Source of the DNA: Acholeplasma laidlawii PG-8A
Lineage (GTDB): Bacteria > Bacillota_I > Bacilli_A > Acholeplasmatales > Acholeplasmataceae
Length of the DNA stretch: 32,000 nt
Reading direction: 5' to 3'
NCBI RefSeq assembly: GCF_000018785.1
Contig: NC_010163.1
Coordinates: 1,200,001-1,232,000 of the forward strand
Positions 30,185-32,000 of the stretch are shown here, piece after piece (position 1 is the first letter of the stretch; each line of letters starts with the position of its first letter). A model generated the notes under the pieces. That model made no database searches, was not told the origin of the DNA, and was given only the letters and a program-made list of their open reading frames with translations. The position numbers were made by a program, and so were the translations under genes.

Positions 30185-30251
30185 TACCATAATCCCCATT
30201 ATTTAAAATTTATTGCAACTATGATATAATTATTACAAGAGGTATATTATA

Positions 30252-30809
30252 ATGCACATGAATGTAGAAATTGAATTTAAAACACGCATCACTAAAGAAA
30301 AATATGATGAACTTATTGATATATTTGAATTAGACCAAAATGTTTTCAAACAAACTAACTACTATTTTGATACACCTGACCTTGATTTAAACAAACGCTC
30401 TATGGTCCTTAGAATCAGACATAAAAGAGACGCTTTTAAATTAACGTTAAAGTCTCAAAGTGAAACAGGTTCATTCGAGTATCATGTCTTAATTGATGCT
30501 GAACAAGCTGAAAAGATGAAAAAGGATGGATTCCATACAAAAGAATTCTTCGAACAAATTGATTATCATGTATATTTTCAGACATCATTAGACAACTTTA
30601 GAGCATCTACACCTTACATGGGTGGTATTCTATTCTTAGATTATAATGAGTATTGCGGTAGAACCGATTACGAACTTGAATATGAAGCAGATCATTTTGA
30701 AACTGGTTTAGAAATCTTTAACAAGATGTTACACAAATTCAATATTGAATTTGAACAAACCAAGAGAAAAAGCGAACGTGCACTACTTTGTATTGTACCA
30801 ACTAAATAA
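30252..30809 (+). CDS. CYTH-domain protein (YjbK-like triphosphate tunnel metalloenzyme)
   Basis: Has the N-terminal EIEFK (ExExK) signature, followed by RIR and ELEYE acidic strands. 185 aa. An extended -10 (TGaTATAAT, 30222-30230) and an SD AAGAGG lie upstream. Confidence 0.75.
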   Translation: MHMNVEIEFKTRITKEKYDELIDIFELDQNVFKQTNYYFDTPDLDLNKRSMVLRIRHKRDAFKLTLKSQSETGSFEYHVLIDAEQAEKMKKDGFHTKEFFEQIDYHVYFQTSLDNFRASTPYMGGILFLDYNEYCGRTDYELEYEADHFETGLEIFNKMLHKFNIEFEQTKRKSERALLCIVPTK

Positions 30810-30817
30810 ACACTTAA

Positions 30818-30852
30818 CAAACGTTTAAACTTCTAAGTTTAGACGTTTTTTT
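30818..30852 (+). terminator. Rho-independent terminator after the CYTH gene
   Basis: Stem AACGTTTAAAC / GTTTAGACGTT (one G-U) followed by TTTTTTT. Confidence 0.7.
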
Positions 30853-30857
30853 ATCAT

Positions 30858-30890
30858 AAAAACACCTACTGATATCAAGTAGGTGTTTTT
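30858..30890 (-). terminator. Rho-independent terminator after the NERD gene (sequence-symmetric)
   Basis: 10-bp stem AACACCTACT (30861-30870) / AGTAGGTGTT (30878-30887), flanked by A and T runs. Confidence 0.7.
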
Positions 30891-30926
30891 ACATGGTGCT
30901 ACTTAAGGTTCCCCGCCCTTAAACCA

Positions 30927-31682
30927 TCACTTTTGAATCAACTGGCTAACCTCACTTACGTGATTAGTCTTCGTTGATTGATCTTTCAATATGGCCGAAT
31001 TTAATCTAGACTTTATTTCATTTAACATGTCATCACTAAATATATCTGGTCCATGGGATAATATATCTTTTGTATATTTTATAGTATTTTTTGTCTGCAT
31101 CACAGGTGATGTGCTATCCACTTGGATTTTACTTAACTTACTTCGATTTGAAAAGCTAACCACTGGATAGACTGATTCAAATGGAATGGTTAAATAGTTT
31201 TCTAGTGCTTTATGGTGTGCATAGTTTTGCCTTAACGGATTATAAAACTTATGTTTACTAAAATAATTTAAAACTTGTGTCCAATAGGTATCTAGTTTAG
31301 AACCATAAATATAGCCCCCATAGTTTTTAACTTCGTATACAATTAAACCTTTTTTGCTGACAACTAATAGATCTAATTCTGTATGTGTTGTATTTAAACC
31401 TGGTAAATAAATATTTGTATATATTTCATCTTCTTTAACAAGTCTTTTAAGTTTACGGTATAACCTAAACTCACCCATATGACCTTTGTTAAAATAAGTT
31501 TTGAAAAAGCCATTACCTGACTTCTTCTTATAGCCACTTTGGTAGATAGTTATCACATCATAGATAAAACAAATGATTTTAATTAATAGGTTGATCGTAA
31601 ATATTGTCAGTGTTACAAGTAATGAGGCTACCCCTACAAACACATCTACAATATCTGCTTGTTTCTTTTTTCTTCGTGCCAT
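30927..31682 (-). CDS. Membrane-anchored NERD (nuclease-related) domain protein
   Basis: An N-terminal basic stretch and TM helix (VFVGVASLLVTLTIFTINLLIKIICFIY) precede the NERD core GHMGEFRLYRKL...THTELDLLVVSKKGLIVYEVKNYGGYIYG...W. Confidence 0.7.
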   Translation of the reverse strand: MARRKKKQADIVDVFVGVASLLVTLTIFTINLLIKIICFIYDVITIYQSGYKKKSGNGFFKTYFNKGHMGEFRLYRKLKRLVKEDEIYTNIYLPGLNTTHTELDLLVVSKKGLIVYEVKNYGGYIYGSKLDTYWTQVLNYFSKHKFYNPLRQNYAHHKALENYLTIPFESVYPVVSFSNRSKLSKIQVDSTSPVMQTKNTIKYTKDILSHGPDIFSDDMLNEIKSRLNSAILKDQSTKTNHVSEVSQLIQK

Positions 31683-31737
31683 CTTTTATGCCCTCTTTTC
31701 AAGTTATCTTTAATCGGTATGCTCATTATAGCGACAT

Positions 31738-31780
31738 AAAAAATAAAAAAAAGATGTTGTGACAATACAGCAACATCTTC
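31738..31780 (-). terminator. Rho-independent terminator after the partial gene at the right edge
   Basis: Stem AAGATGTTG (31751-31759) / CAACATCTT (31771-31779). The minus transcript continues UUUUUUUUAUUUUUU. Confidence 0.7.
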
Positions 31781-31804
31781 TATATGATTGTGACAATTAT
31801 TCAA

Positions 31805-32000
31805 CTATTTGTCTTGATAAAGCTTTTGAGGTGGTTTACCGTGGGCATCAAATATAATCTCATATTGATTATAGTACTTGGAGATATTGATAAAATCTAT
31901 AATGTTTAAACTATATAATAAACAGCTTAATATAAGTATAGGAATATTTAATGTAGTTGCAAACAACGTAAACAATATATAAACAAATTGAAACGAACTA
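31805..32000 (-). CDS. 3' end of an unidentified, probably membrane, protein. The ORF is open to the window edge.
   Basis: Hand translation of the minus strand gives ...SSFQFVYILFTLFATTLNIPILILSCLLYSLNIIDFINISKYYNQYEIIFDAHGKPPQKLYQDK* with stop TAG at 31807-31805, followed by a good terminator. It is absent from the ORF track because it has no start within the window. Confidence 0.4.
   Translation of the reverse strand, partial: SSFQFVYILFTLFATTLNIPILILSCLLYSLNIIDFINISKYYNQYEIIFDAHGKPPQKLYQDK

Noticed and set aside
30252-31682. CYTH plus NERD as a two-gene nucleotide-signalling defence system
   Set aside because: The genes are convergent and separated by two independent terminators, so they are not co-transcribed. 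The CYTH protein is the small stand-alone YjbK type common in Firmicute core genomes. No cyclase, effector or sensor architecture is visible.

Overview
This window looks like core chromosome from an AT-rich (about 30% GC by eye) Mollicute or low-GC Firmicute, most likely Acholeplasma-like. That call rests on the character of the 16S/23S sequence. In addition, every conserved protein is full length under the standard code with no in-frame TGA, which argues against code-4 Mycoplasma or Spiroplasma. 29 of 32 protein genes and all RNA genes are on the minus strand.

Contents by coordinate:
- 54-5393: a complete rRNA operon (16S, tRNA-Ile, tRNA-Ala, 23S, 5S, tRNA-Asn) with two candidate tandem promoters, two boxA-like elements and a terminator.
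- 5.5-9.7 kb: ilvE-uppS-cdsA-rseP.
- 9.9-10.4 kb: two paralogous mini membrane proteins.
- 10.5-13.8 kb: rpsB-tsf-pyrH-frr. S2 carries an unusual C-terminal repeat plus a Rho_N/SAP-like tail.
- 14.0-17.2 kb: trmFO-xerC-NUDIX-dut.
- 17.3-18.3 kb (plus strand): an aquaporin-type channel and a 4-TM protein.
- 18.4-19.1 kb: a folate-type ECF S-component preceded by a THF-riboswitch-like leader. The ORF track mistranslates this leader as an N-terminal extension.
- 19.1-28.9 kb: a nine-gene V/A-type ATPase operon whose 3' end overlaps a SipW-type signal peptidase gene and ung.
- 29.1-31.7 kb: gap, a CYTH protein and a membrane-anchored NERD protein.
- Right edge: the 3' end of one more gene.

I see no CRISPR array, transposase, phage module, toxin-antitoxin pair or convincing new multi-gene system. 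The region is essentially housekeeping. The findings below are modest: domain fusions, cis-regulatory RNA/DNA elements and odd gene couplings.
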